Assembly: GCA_964016885.1 (NCBI GenBank)
Contig: OZ024740.1
Coordinates: 184,636,001-184,700,000 of the forward strand
DNA length: 64,000 nucleotides
From: Eledone cirrhosa
Taxonomy: Eukaryota
Reading direction: 5' to 3'
In this document: positions 13,075-24,889 of the stretch, piece by piece
Numbering within the stretch: position 1 is the stretch's first letter
Layout: every line of letters starts with the position of its first letter
The notes under the pieces: generated by a model
What the model saw: the letters and a program-made list of their open reading frames with translations, nothing else
Told to the model about the DNA's origin: nothing
Databases searched by the model: none
Made by a program: the position numbers and the translations under genes

Positions 13075-14345
13075 AAATTGTCTCTGATCTCTTTGATTCT
13101 GAACTGGATGTTCATGTTAAGAGAGTTGTCAACTGATCACCATCAAGTTATCTGCAACTTGAGACTATCCAAAGTCAAATAAGTCCACAAGCCTGGCAGG
13201 CTTAAATCCACCTATAGGATAATGTGGGAAGCATTGGTGGATAAAGAAGTCAAGACCAGGTATGCAGATACTACTGCATCCAAACTTAAAAACCTCCCTT
13301 GGTAAATTTACGATGTAGAAATGGAGTGGAAATTGTTCAGATCAGCAGTTTCTGCTTCAACTGTTAAATGCTGCAAATGAAAGAGTTTTGGTGTGGTCAC
13401 AGATGGCAGCATGACTCCTTGGTTCAATCAGGAAGTCAAAGATGCCATCTGAGAAAAGAAGGTTTACAAAACTTGGCTTGGAAAGAAGCCCTCCTAGCAC
13501 TGGTTGTACAAGCAGACACAAAAAGTTGCAGCAAAGACAATAAAGGCATCCAAAGTTGAGACGCGGGAGGACTTTGGAATCTGACTTCAGATCAGCAAAT
13601 AAAGTGTTCTGGCAGAATATCTGCCGACTTTATAATAAGAAGTCCTCCTCCACAGCTACTATCAGGGATTCTCTTCTCTTCAGATTGGTGCATCCTCAGG
13701 ATGTGGAGAGAATACTTTGTTGATATCCTAAACCCGATCACAACAGCATCTTCTGATGTACATGAGGTGCATCTGGGAGCGATGACTAATCTCTCAGACA
13801 TTGAGGTCACATGACCAATTAAAGAGCTCAAATGTGGCAAGACCACTGGGGAAGATGAAATTTAGCCCCAGATATTAAAAGTTTTAAATAGAGAAGGTAT
13901 TCTCTACCCATCATATCTGTACCAGGTGACCTGGATCTCTGCAAGTATATTTTTCGAATAAACCCGTCTATCTAGGATTTGAATGTGTCTTTCGTTATTC
14001 TGTACAAAGGATAAATCAGTATGGATGCCTTTATTGCTTCTTCTCATATTGCAATGTTTTGGTGGTCTTATTAGCACCAGTCACAAATTTGGTACTTTTC
14101 TCAGATCTCTGAATTGAGAGATCACAGCTCTGATACTATGAACCCCTGGTCAGAATGTCTCAAGAAAGATTTTACAGGGCAAAACCAAGGGTAGACATTG
14201 AGCAAAGTGGTTAGATGATGACCATGAGCTCAGCTGGTTTTTCTTGGGGATCCAACAGGATCAATTGGAGATGGTTGCTTCTGACAGGACCCACTGGAAG
14301 ACATGTATGAGAACTCTGCCCCCATAACCCTATTGGCCTAAGAAG
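13075..14345 (+). mobile_element. RTE-clade LINE (family B): endonuclease end and linker fragment plus 3' end
   Basis: LSTDHH, TPWFNQEVKDAI.EKK, SANKVFWQ.I, W.EYF...LNP, LKCGK..GEDEI.P.ILK.L; family-B 3' end at 14100-14345. Confidence 0.7.
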
Positions 14346-14689
14346 CTAATAATAATCTAAAGTAAAGTTGATTAGAATCTAAAAAATTAATTAATAGTAC
14401 ATGTGTTTATTAGATTGTAGATAGAAAAAGTTCTCAAAATATCTATAAAGCATCCCAACCTTTCTGGTTGAAGGACCAAGAACATTTCAAATAAAAACAG
14501 AAAAGTCTCATTTAAACTCTATCTAGCTTCTTTCTTTGACAAGCTCTGGAGAAAAAATGGAAATATCACTCGATTTTTAAAAATTTCAGTTTTTATTTAT
14601 TTATCATCATTATCATTATTATTATTATTTCTATTATTCTTTGAGTCTCAGTTATTGATGTTATTTAACTGGAAAGTTTGTTGAAATGA

Positions 14690-15450
14690 ATATCAAGCCG
14701 TTACCTGCAGCCTCAGATATTCAGGATGTATCAGAGGGTTCTTGCTGTTCCCAGCAAGCATGCCGTTTGAAGTGTTCCATAAAGCAGGGCTGGACTAATT
14801 TTCTTTAACCACCGTTGAAAACTCTTTGAGATAGTACCTAGTGCGCCTATGACAATTGGGATGACTCTGACTTCATGGCAGTTCCAAATCCTTTTTACCT
14901 CCCACTTTAAGTCCTGGTATCGGTTAATTTTCTCCCTCTCCTTTTCTTGCACTCTCGTGTCAAATGGCCAGGCTACATTTACAATCAGGCACGATCTTTT
15001 TTCCTTGTCCAAAACCACCAGGTCAAGCCTATTGTGTTCCAGTTTCTTGTCCGTCTGTATCCTAAAATCCCATAGCACCTTCACCTGATAGTTTTCTATT
15101 ACCAACTCTGGCTTATGCTCATACCATTTCTCAGAATGTGGTAAATTGTTTACTTTGCATAGGTGCCAGTGGATCACCCTGCCCATCACATCATGTCTCC
15201 AGCCTTTATAGTGATTCTGGGGTAGGTGTAAACACCTAGCCCAGACTCACTCGGATACAATGTGAGCCACAGTCTCCTCTCTTTCTCCACAGATCCTACA
15301 CAGTGGGCTAGCCTCCTCCTTGTAAATATGGTTTTTCACCCACTTCGTTCTGAGGGCCATTAGCATTCCTTCTGTAGCCTTTTTAAAGTCTCCTCTTTTT
15401 AACCAGTTCCATGTCTGTGGATCTCTAAATTCAGTTTTCTGAAAGAAGAA
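14690..15450 (-). mobile_element. R4/Dong-like non-LTR retrotransposon C-terminus (CCHC finger plus restriction-like endonuclease)
   Basis: CRICGE.EETVAHIVSE, RHD; ORF 14731-15189 VLWDFRIQTD...HNR.D.VV.DK....K..EK..RYQDL..E..RIW....VIPIVIGALG; flanked by (TAA/ATT)n on both sides. Confidence 0.88.
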
Positions 15451-16229
15451 GGGATTTCTATATTATTATTATTTATCATCATTATTATTTATTATTATAT
15501 TATTATTATTATTATTATTATATTTGGTCGTTCCTCAACTTATTGTTACTGTTTGGATAACACTTTCTGCTACAAAAATATTTTAAGGTTAAAAAAAATA
15601 TGGAACTTCTAGTTTTTAATGATATAAAGAGAATTTTTTTCCCATCTATTTCACTATGCATTGGAAAAGATTGTATATTTTATTAAAATGTTATTTATCA
15701 CTTCATATATTTGGCAAATGCTCTTCTCTTTCACGGAAACTGGATTTTTCACAGCAAACTCAATTATTTTTTCCATAAATGTTATCTTTTGTTTTTATAT
15801 TAAGATCAAAATACCGAGTTCAGATGAATATGATTTGTTAAGTCTGTAGGTTGCAGATAGCATAAAAAATGCTTTTACACATGAGGCCAGGCTATGAATA
15901 AAAAATATAGAAACAAATCAGCAATCAACAAAAAGAAAAACATATTAAATTTAATGGACTGATGTTGCTGATACTCTTACAATTTGTTACCGTATGTATT
16001 GTTATATTTTTGTAGAATCATGCCAATATATTATTTTATCAGTTAATACAGTACTAAGGCTGAAGTATTACATCTGTGGCTGTGATGGACTGACCACATT
16101 AAAAAGATCTTTTATCATCACTTGTTGAATCTGCTATTGTACAGAGAATTGCAAGCAGAAACATTTCTAGTAAAATGTTCTGAAGCAGAAGTACAAGGAT
16201 CAACTAAATTGAGCATTTTAAAATGTTCA

Positions 16230-16830
16230 TACATTTGTGACATGACAAAAATCCCACATGTTAAAGTGGTTGTGTTGGTGACATTATGAAAAGCACCCAG
16301 TCCACATTGTAAGGTGGTTCAGTTGGTGACATGACAAAAAGTGCCCAGTCCACACTCTATGACCCTCCTCATAATGGTGCCATCAAGTTCTACACTGTAA
16401 GCATGGTTGATGTTAGGAAGGGTATACAGCAGTCCTAAAACCCTAGCCAACACACAGTTGTAATATGTGCAAGGTACAGTATGGCAATCTGGCCAGACTT
16501 GTCTCCTAAAAAGACAACCCAGTTGTACACTGTAAACTTGGTTGGCAGTAGGAAGGGCATCCAGCAGCCATAAGAACCCATCCCAAACATGACCCCACTA
16601 TGAGCAAGGCAAGGTGTCTCCAACTGGCCAGACCTCCTCATAATGGGACCACCCAGTTCCACACCGAAAACGTGGTTGTTGTTATGAAGGGCATCCAGCT
16701 GTAAAAAATTTCAGCCAAAATGCGGTGTGGTGCAACTAGTTGGCCAAACTTGTCTCCTAACATAGACAACCCATTTACCTCATGCAAGTAAGGAAAAATA
16801 GACGTTAAATGATGATGATGAGGATGATAT
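16230..16830 (+). mobile_element. RTE family C 3' UTR with internal ~32-bp tandem repeats and (TGA)n tail
   Basis: aaaagcacccagtccacactgtaaagtggt units, aggaagggcatccagctgta, cccatgc.agcatggaaa...gatgatgat; same as the 3' UTR of 40765-41918. Confidence 0.7.
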
Positions 16831-17004
16831 ATATATATAGAGTCAGAAAGAGTTGAGACCAAATGTTTTTATGATGATGATGATGATATGTATATATATG
16901 TAAATATATATAGAGAGAGAGCGGGGACCAAATGCTCTTATTTCTATTTCCAGCCCTTGCAACACCTTGCTGAATTTTATGTAGTGTTCAAAGTAAATAA
17001 ACCA

Positions 17005-17290
17005 TAATGAGTATTGAGAGATCACAGCTCTGATACGATAGACATTTTCTTAGAATGTCTCAGGAAAGAATCACTGAACAGATTTTACTGGTAAAACCAA
17101 CTGGCAGGAAACCCATGGTAGACCTCAAGCAAGATGGTGGTATAATATCCAAGACCTTGGCTGGTCTAGCTTGGGGATCCAGCCAGATCAGTTGGAGATG
17201 GTTGCTTCTGACAGGACCAACTAGAGGGAGTGTTTGCGGATTCTGCCGCCACAGCCCTCTCAGGTATAAGTGGGCAAAGAAGAAGAAGCA
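17005..17290 (+). mobile_element. RTE family B 3' end
   Basis: RMSQERITEQIL..KPTGR.P.GRP..RW, ending in (gaa)n. Confidence 0.75.
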
Positions 17291-18609
17291 GAGGTAGAGG
17301 AGAGTGAGGAGGGAAGTTGCATTAATAATTTGATATTTTTCTCCAAAGTTGTAGTCTTCATATGCTTTATGTCTCAATGTGTTTATATCACTTGATATTA
17401 TTTTTTAATAAGAAATCCTTTCCATTGATTTCATAGAATATTGAAAGAAGTAGTTATTATATTTTAAAAATATTTTCAAAGATTTTATTTAGTTATTAAT
17501 CTGATTTAGTGTCTGCAGATATTTCTAAAGACAAATATTTTTTTTAATCTATTCCTTCTTCCAGTGATGTATTTCATTCAATATTTACAGAGTTGCATAT
17601 CTGCATGGTTGTTGTTTTTATGAGTGTGTATATGAGTTAATTCATGAGGTTTGTGTGTGTGTGCATGCACAAGTGTATGTCTGACCATGTAATGTTGCTA
17701 TATAAAGAAATGAAAATTCCTTCATAATTCTACATCAGTCTTCTCATGGTAGATTAAATATGTATTAAGAGCAGCCAATTTCTAAGTCTCCATTTATCAG
17801 CTCTTTTTATAAGATATTACACGAATTTCTCACTTTTTTTCATATATTGCTCTTTTCTGGAATGCTTTATTGCCTTTAACGAATGTGATATATAACCAGC
17901 ATGGATAATCTCAGTTATTCAAAGATTACAACTCACTATATTACATATGTGAGAATTTTTCTGTATCTATGTTTACTATGCATTATGTTACCCTCAGGTG
18001 TTTTACTCCACAGCCATGATATTCAAAATCAGTATCAATACATTCTTACTTTTTCTATACATATTAATCATCCATAGTTATGCCAACTAAGTAAAGAGAT
18101 ATTTAATGAGATTGAATCATGTCCATTGCTTTCACTAGTTAACTTTACAGTAAAAATCCATTGCTGTCTATATAGTCTTTGTATTCTAAAAATTACAATT
18201 ATTGGAATTATCTCCCTTTTTTTGTTGTTTTTATACTTAACTAGACCCCTGGTGACCAATTGGGTCATGTTCACTTAATAATATATTTTAAAATCTACTA
18301 TCTCACAACTATTATCTCTTTCTCTCTCTCTATTTATGAAGGTTCCCATAAAAACCCTGTATCTCAGGAAACTGTGCCCCGATTTACGGAAACTTGATAT
18401 ATTCCATTTGTATTCCCATTTCAGGGGCAACTTCCTTTCAAACTATTTTCCCATTATGCACCATTTATGTATGTATTAAATTACAAGCAGGCACACAATC
18501 ACAGAGTTTTAGTAGTATATAGATACACCTCTACAGGGAGATTGTATCTTCTATATGCATCATTCATCTCTGTGAGTACAATTTTTTCAGTGCACTATAT
18601 TATAATGAA

Positions 18610-19060
18610 TAAAATCGGAAGAATGAGGAAGTCAGATCTCCCCGGAAAAACCAAAATATCGTTCTTCAGAACTTCTGTTGAGTTAGTGTTGTATGGATCA
18701 CGTACATGGACCCTGACACAAGCATTTAAGAAGAAATTAGTACAGCCCTAATAACTAAAATGGTTAGTGCTGTACAAAACATAAATTGGCATCAACGTAT
18801 TACAAAAGTAAGTTTATATGGAAACATACTAAAGATAATAACTATAATTGCTCTAAGGCAGTTACAATTTACAGGACATTGATAGAGAAGTAGAAAGTTA
18901 TATACAAGCTACTATTGTGGGAGGCAACTCGTGGGAGACACAGTGGAGGAAACCTGCTTGAACCTTCATTGAACCTTCAACTCTCAGACAATACAAGCCT
19001 CAGTTGGGAGCAGTTGCCAGGAGTAATGAAAATCAGGAATGCTCAACTATGGTTGTAATG
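18610..19060 (+). mobile_element. Old RTE fragment related to family A
   Basis: SDL..KTKI.FFR.SVE.VLYGS.TWTLT, NINWH, LLWE. Confidence 0.6.
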
Positions 19061-19825
19061 ATGATATTATAAACATGAGACAACCATATTTGTATTTTGT
19101 ATGCAGAATACACCACTGAGGTATTTTACTGTTAGTCATATTGACCATATCGATGTATGATATTTAGTTTCAGTCTACTTTATTTCACATGTTTTGGAAA
19201 TTAATAAATAAAAAAAAATCAAACATCAAATATGATTTAACAAGAAGCTTTGAACTTTATTCCATAGCTATATATAATCAATTGTATAAATTCATGCTAG
19301 TTTTCACCCTCAAAATTATCAGAGAAACTAATATAGAGATTGTGTTGACAAGGTAACACAACATTATGACTAAAACATGGTAAGAGAATGTTGTAAAATC
19401 CTATAAATATTCACTCATTTATTCCACTGCAATGATTTGAAAAATTCAGTTTCAGAATTCCTTTTCAGAATTTGTAACATAGTTTTAGGAATGTTCAGTA
19501 TTGATAACTCTTTGGCTGTCTGTCAGTCAATCTCTATGTCTTTCTCTTACTCCTTGTCTCATTGTATAATCTTCTGATATAAACACACATACACTCACAC
19601 ACACATACATGTGTTTGTTTGTGTGACTGTATGTGTGTGTGAGTGTATGTGTGTGAGTGTATGTTTGGAGTGAGCATCTGCATAAGTATACATATAAGTG
19701 GGAGTGGGTATATTTATGTGGGTAATAGTGCAATAATAATACACTTTCACTCATGTATAAACATTTGCTAACATGGAAAGCAAACACTAATGATGATGAT
19801 GATGAATTACCTATGTGTGTGTGTA

Positions 19826-19912
<87 letters not shown>

Positions 19913-20898
19913 TAATAATAATAAATGTGAAGACTTAAATAGAGTGCTCAACCAAGGGAGCCAAATAGTAATAATAATAAATGTGAAGACTGCATGTATA
20001 TGCATGCATGGCAGGTGTTTTCGTGTATGCACGTGTATGTATGTATATAGATTCATATATGTATATATTTAATTATTATTACTTTTATGATTTTAATAAA
20101 CTGTGTCATTTTCGTTCTACTAATTTATTTACTTTATTCTTAACTCTGAAGCCGAGAACCATTCGGTTTCCTAAAATTAATATTAGTCTACGACTCCATT
20201 TATGCCATAAACGTGGTTTTGTCTTTGCATGTAATTGTTCTCATCGATCCATCTAACAACGTTTTGTGTTCGCTTTTTCCATTCATTGCCAGGGAACGTC
20301 TTCAAAAACCAAAGTATCATCTTCCTGTTTTCCTTCGGTTGCAACGTTTTTCGAAATATTTACTTTTGCGTTCACAGATTGATTTTTTTAGTTTCAAAAG
20401 ATCCCGTTAAGAGTGAAAGCAGCGATTCTTTGCTTAAACTTTAATCTGTTATTTTAATATATATATATATATATATATAATATATTTAGAAACACACAGA
20501 TACATGCCGACACACACATATACATGAATGCATCCACACCCAACCGTGAGTTAATGGTGCCAACCTTACCGATGTTGCTCAATGAATGACTGGGACAGAC
20601 CAATCCGGTTGAATTAGACTGGACCAGTATCAGAGTTAAAAATACATTATGAAGAGAGAAGAAACATTTAGATATAATTAGTAATAAAATGTATCATACC
20701 TAAACTGTTCCTAGATTCCTCGACTACGTAGTTTCGTGGCATAAACAAAAACAATACATCAATGGTATTTTCTTCGGGGTTATAAGAGGCTTAGCTCTGT
20801 TTCTCGACCGTTATATCGCGTGACTATCTCCCCCTCCGCCTTTTGGGATTCTTTCTCACGTCGTGTAGACGCGTTCTTGAAGCTAGTAAAATGAGGTA

Positions 20899-20988
20899 TC
20901 CTCTTGATAAGTCGGCAGACCTCGCAAGGACTCTATATCTTTATGATGTATTGTTTTTGTTTATGCCACGAAACTACGTAGTCGAGGA
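20899..20988 (+). ncRNA. Type I hammerhead ribozyme, U3-A8 core variant with long stem II insert
   Basis: tcctc-TTGATAA-gtcggca...tgccac-GAAA-c-tacgta-g-TC-gagga; predicted cleavage after 20983. Confidence 0.7.
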
Positions 20989-21491
20989 ATCTAGGAACAG
21001 TTTAGGTATGATACATTTTATTACTAATTATATCTAAATGTTTCTTCTCTCTTCATAATGTATTTTTAACTCTGATACTGGTCCAGTCTAATTCAACCGG
21101 ATTGGTCTGTCCCAGTCATTCATTGAGCAACATCGGTAAGGTTGGCACCATTAACTCACGGTTGGGTGTGGATGCATTCATGTATATGTGTATGTCTGCA
21201 TGTATCTGTGTGTTTCTAAATATATTGTTCATAACTCCCTCTGGTCGAGTAATCTTTGAAGTGTGGTGACTGCTGGAAAGCTGCCATTACTCATACTTCT
21301 CGCCCCCTTCACCACCTCTCCTACGGCTTCGATATAAATACCCCCTCCGCCTCCGTGGCATTTTCTTCGGGGTTATAAGAGGCTTAGCTCTGTTTCTCGA
21401 CCGTTATATCGCGTGACTATCTCCCCCTCCGCCTTTTGGGATTCTTTCTCACGTCGTGTAGACGCGTTCTTGAAGCTAGTAAAATGAGGTA

Positions 21492-21581
21492 TCCTCTTGA
21501 TAAGTCGGCAGACCTCGCAAGGACTCTATATCTTTATGATGTATTGTTTTTGTTTATGCCACGAAACTACGTAGTCGAGGA
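21492..21581 (+). ncRNA. Second identical hammerhead copy
   Basis: Same sequence shifted by 593 nt; GTC at 21574-21576. Confidence 0.7.
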
Positions 21582-21647
21582 ATCTAGGAACAGTTTAGGT
21601 ATGATACATTTTATTACTAATTATATCTAAATGTTTCTTCTCTCTTC

Positions 21648-21694
<47 letters not shown>

Positions 21695-21726
21695 AAGTAA
21701 TGTTTTTTTTAAATTATATCCCACAA

Positions 21727-21935
21727 AGGAAAAAGAAGTTGAAAATGCAATTGGAGTCTTTAAGAATGTTTATTTACAATAACTTGTAACTTTACCGGCT
21801 TCAAAGGTTTCATACTTTTCAAAAGGTAAGAGAGATAGAGATATGTGTAGCTATGCCATGAAGCCAGTAAAGTTACAATTTATTGTAAATAAACCTTCTT
21901 AATGACTCCGACTGCATTTTCACCTTCTTTTTCCT
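21727..21935. repeat. Imperfect ~77-bp inverted repeat between (TA)n tracts (probable PLE terminal fold-back)
   Basis: aggaaaaagaag..ggcttca (21727-21803) vs tgaagcc..ttctttttcct (21859-21935). Confidence 0.8.
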
Positions 21936-21984
21936 CTATATATATATATATATATATGCTGTGTATAAGATATATATTGTGTGT

Positions 21985-22720
21985 AGAAGACGTGCATAGA
22001 TTAGAAAGAAATGAAGCTTGCATGCTCCGATGGATGTGTAATCATTCGGTTTCCTAAATAGACTATTAGTCTACGACTCCATTTATGGCATAAACGTAAT
22101 AGTAATATATGCGAATGGTAAAGCATAAACGAATGGAGAGAGAGACTGAGCATAAGAGGAATCAAATGCTGTGCGAAGGAAAGGAGGTTGCATTGGTATG
22201 GACATGTGATGCGTATCAAGGATGACAGCTGCATAAAAAGGTACAGGGCACTAAAAGCCGATGGAAGCCGTGAAGTGGGGAGACCCAAGAAGAACTGGGA
22301 TGAGGTGATAAAAGCTGACCTTGCCTGATTGCACCTCTCAAATGCGATGACACAGGACCTTAACCTCTGGCGTCACGCAGTAATACAGAAGACCTGACAT
22401 CCCATTGATAAAAGCCGAAACTGAAGCATATAGACAATATGTCCCACCCTCTCCCACTGCAAAGTGGTCGTGGAGATGTCATGACAAAAAAACACCCAGC
22501 CCACACTGTAAAGTGGTCATGTAGGCGCCACAATAAAAAAGCACCCAGTACTCACTGTAAATGAGGTTGGTGTAAGGAAGGGCATCCAGCTGTAGAAATC
22601 AAGTCAAAATCAGTTCCGTAGGAGCCAGACATGGTCACCTGACCTGGCATTGCCCACAACAGGACAACCCATCTAACCCATGCTAGCATGGAAGAATGGA
22701 CGTAAAACAGTGATGATGAT
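21985..22720 (+). mobile_element. RTE family C 3' fragment containing a 53-bp templated insertion
   Basis: Collinear with 41245-41918 (RLERNEACML.WMC...RRLHWYGHVMR...VGRPKK.WDEVI) except for the insert at 22043-22095. Confidence 0.88.
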
Positions 22721-22859
22721 GATATATATATAAAGTTTATTGAAGAAATAGAGAGTGAGAAGATAGAATTAAAAAAAGAAATTTCTTTGAAAATAAGCAT
22801 TATATATTCAGTCTGCCTTTTTGGAGAATATATATATATATAGGAGGAAGTTATAGTTT

Positions 22860-24545
22860 ACTTGAAGCAATGCGTAATGAGGTATAAACGTTTGGAATTG
22901 GAAGGCCAAGACAATGCAGGTATGGATATCGAATATAAATGCAAATGCAAAAGATATTGTCTTTTACCTTAAATTATTTAAATATCCTTAATTTTCGAGA
23001 TAATACCTCTTCTTCGGAGGGAAGTAAAGGAGTTAATCCACTGTTCTAATTAGCTTGCCAAGTCATGCTGACACAACATGATATAGAGATTCCATTCTAT
23101 CTCTAATGTCAAAGAGTGAAGGTTAGGTGGATAAAGAGTTGTCTCCTTTTAAAAGGGGTTTTGTACATGTATGTTTAAGTGTGTGAGAATACGTGAAGGC
23201 GTAAGTATGCATGTGTGTGTGAGTGTGAGAAGATATGTCTATATGTAAATGTGGTGGCTAGATGCTCTATCATGTTAAGACTGGTCTATGTGTGTGTATG
23301 TGTGTGTGAGAGAGAGAATAAGTAGAGGTGTAAGCGTGTGTGTGTGTGTGCATGTGCGTGTGTGAGAGAGGGGGTTGTAAATGTGGGGCTAGGTGCTCTA
23401 TCATGTTAAAAATTGGGTGTTGAATTCTAGTCTATTATTGATTGGTGGTTGTGTTTTGTCTATAATAAGTGCTTCCTTAATTCTAAGATTGCCGAGGTTT
23501 CTTTCCTTAATTTCTATCAATACTGTTATATTTTTGTCGGTGTTTTTGCATTTAACTAGGTGTTTCTTAAATGAGGAAGCGTTAGTATTGAGGTGTCCTT
23601 TTTTTCTTATGTGAAGTGGTCTGGTGGTGCTACCTACGTAGAAATTGCTGCATTTCTCACACTCTAATCTGTATACGACGTAAGCCTGGTGGCATAGGTC
23701 TGTGTCGTTGATGGGTCAGTTGGATAGCCTGCAGCGGTTGTCATGTTTGGTGGAGTGTCTTTTGGTTAGCTGTCCGCGTAGAGAAGGTCCTGAGTGGGCC
23801 AGTTGGATATCTAGTCCCTCTCGTCTGATAACTCTGTGGATGGCTGTTGTTTTTTTCGTCACTGAAGTGTGGGAGCTTCAGGAAGCAGATGTTAGTGCCT
23901 CGGGTGTGGTGTCCTCTGTTGTTCCTGGCAAGCTTCGTGGTGGACGTCGGGTATCCGTTCAGTTTAAGTACTTCCAGGAAATGTGTGGTGTGTGTGTCTC
24001 GGTCTCTAGCGTCGGTGCATCTGTTCCGGATACATGTAGTTCGTTCCGTATGTATCCGAACTTAGCGCTGGCTGGGAGGGCCGATCTGAAATGTATGAAC
24101 AGGTCCCTGCTGGCGGCTTTTTATAGAAGCAGGTGTGGATGTTGCCTTCCTCTGTTTCCCTGAGTTGGAAGTCCAGTAGGGATAGGGATCCGTGGTCATT
24201 GGGGTGTTCCATGCTGAACTTTATACTGGCATCCATGCTGGAGAATTCGTGTATATTTTATGCGTTTCCTCACGGGATGATGTAAGGATGAGTATGTCAT
24301 CTACATATCGGATGAAGAAGGTATGGGAATGGAAGGTGTTGAGGGCTCGGCATTCTAGCTGGTCAATATAGGTGATGGCCAGCAGGCCCGATAGGCTGGA
24401 TCCCATGGGTAATCCTGTTGTCTGTCTGTATGTGTGGTGGTGGAAGGTGAAGTACGTGTTGTCCACTGTGAAGGACAAAATAATAAAGGATTGTAAATAA
24501 AACGAGTAAATCAGACAAAGTTGGAATTCCTTTTATTAATATAAT
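22860..24545 (-). mobile_element. 5'-truncated Penelope-like element (RT plus C-terminal GIY-YIG, Naiad-like), frameshifted, with an inverted terminal piece
   Basis: YRQTTGLPMGSSLSG, RYVDD, IKFSMEHP, FYKK..LFIHFRSALP, CRLSN*P..LC...VVYRLECEKCSNFYVGSTTRPLHIR, LRIKEALII....P.INNR, stop at 23401; 24485-24542 matches the hammerhead-bearing terminus at 27247-27302. Confidence 0.92.
22986..23020 (-). ncRNA. Minimal hammerhead variant in PLE 3' region
   Basis: cct-CCGAAGA-a-gag-gtattat-ctc-GAAA-at-TA-agg. Confidence 0.5.
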
Positions 24546-24575
24546 CTTCTATACACAATCATACACACCCGTGTA

Positions 24576-24654
<79 letters not shown>

Positions 24655-24889
24655 CACTGGACAAATAATAGTAAAGATTATTCTGCTTATATATATATAT
24701 ATATATATATCCATATGTAGTTGATAGATGAAAAAAACATGTACTCAGTACTTAAGTAGAGTTTAAATATTCATTTATTATGGCAAATAATGTGTCTAGT
24801 CAGATGATCCTGCTTTTTCACAGGTGAAACTCTAAAGTAACAAGACTCACTACTTAGCCATAATAAATTAATGAATGTATTAATGAATC

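Larger units (their letters stand above)
20479..21652 (+). mobile_element. Non-coding hammerhead-bearing 593-bp tandem element with inverted 5' arm (retrozyme-like or non-autonomous PLE), inserted in (TA)n
   Basis: Direct repeat 20763-21059 = 21356-21652 (offset 593, about 1 mismatch); inverted repeat 20479-20761 vs 20944-21226 (283 bp, about 2 mismatches); both outer ends abut (TA)n; hammerhead in each direct copy. Confidence 0.85.

Noticed and set aside
16240-16600. Regular ~32-bp repeats resembling a CRISPR array (also 51165-51330 and 59770-59910)
   Set aside because: No unique spacers; tandem units of the RTE 3' UTR; eukaryotic context with no cas genes
18068-18274. 68-aa ORF and nearby splice-like sites as a host exon
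   Set aside because: Candidate acceptor/donor pairs give stops or no recognisable peptide
20155-20197. Hammerhead-like topology on the minus strand (gag-TCGTAGA-ctaa..ttag-GAAA-cc..gg-TT-ctc)
   Set aside because: Three core positions deviate from CUGANGA; too speculative
20843-21630. Duplicated 64-aa ORF as a small protein gene
   Set aside because: TTG start, no motif, and it overlaps the hammerhead; duplicated only because the DNA repeat is
23030-23072. SECIS-like ATGAC..AA..GGAT on the minus strand downstream of the PLE stop
   Set aside because: Helix II does not pair by eye; not claimed without SECISearch
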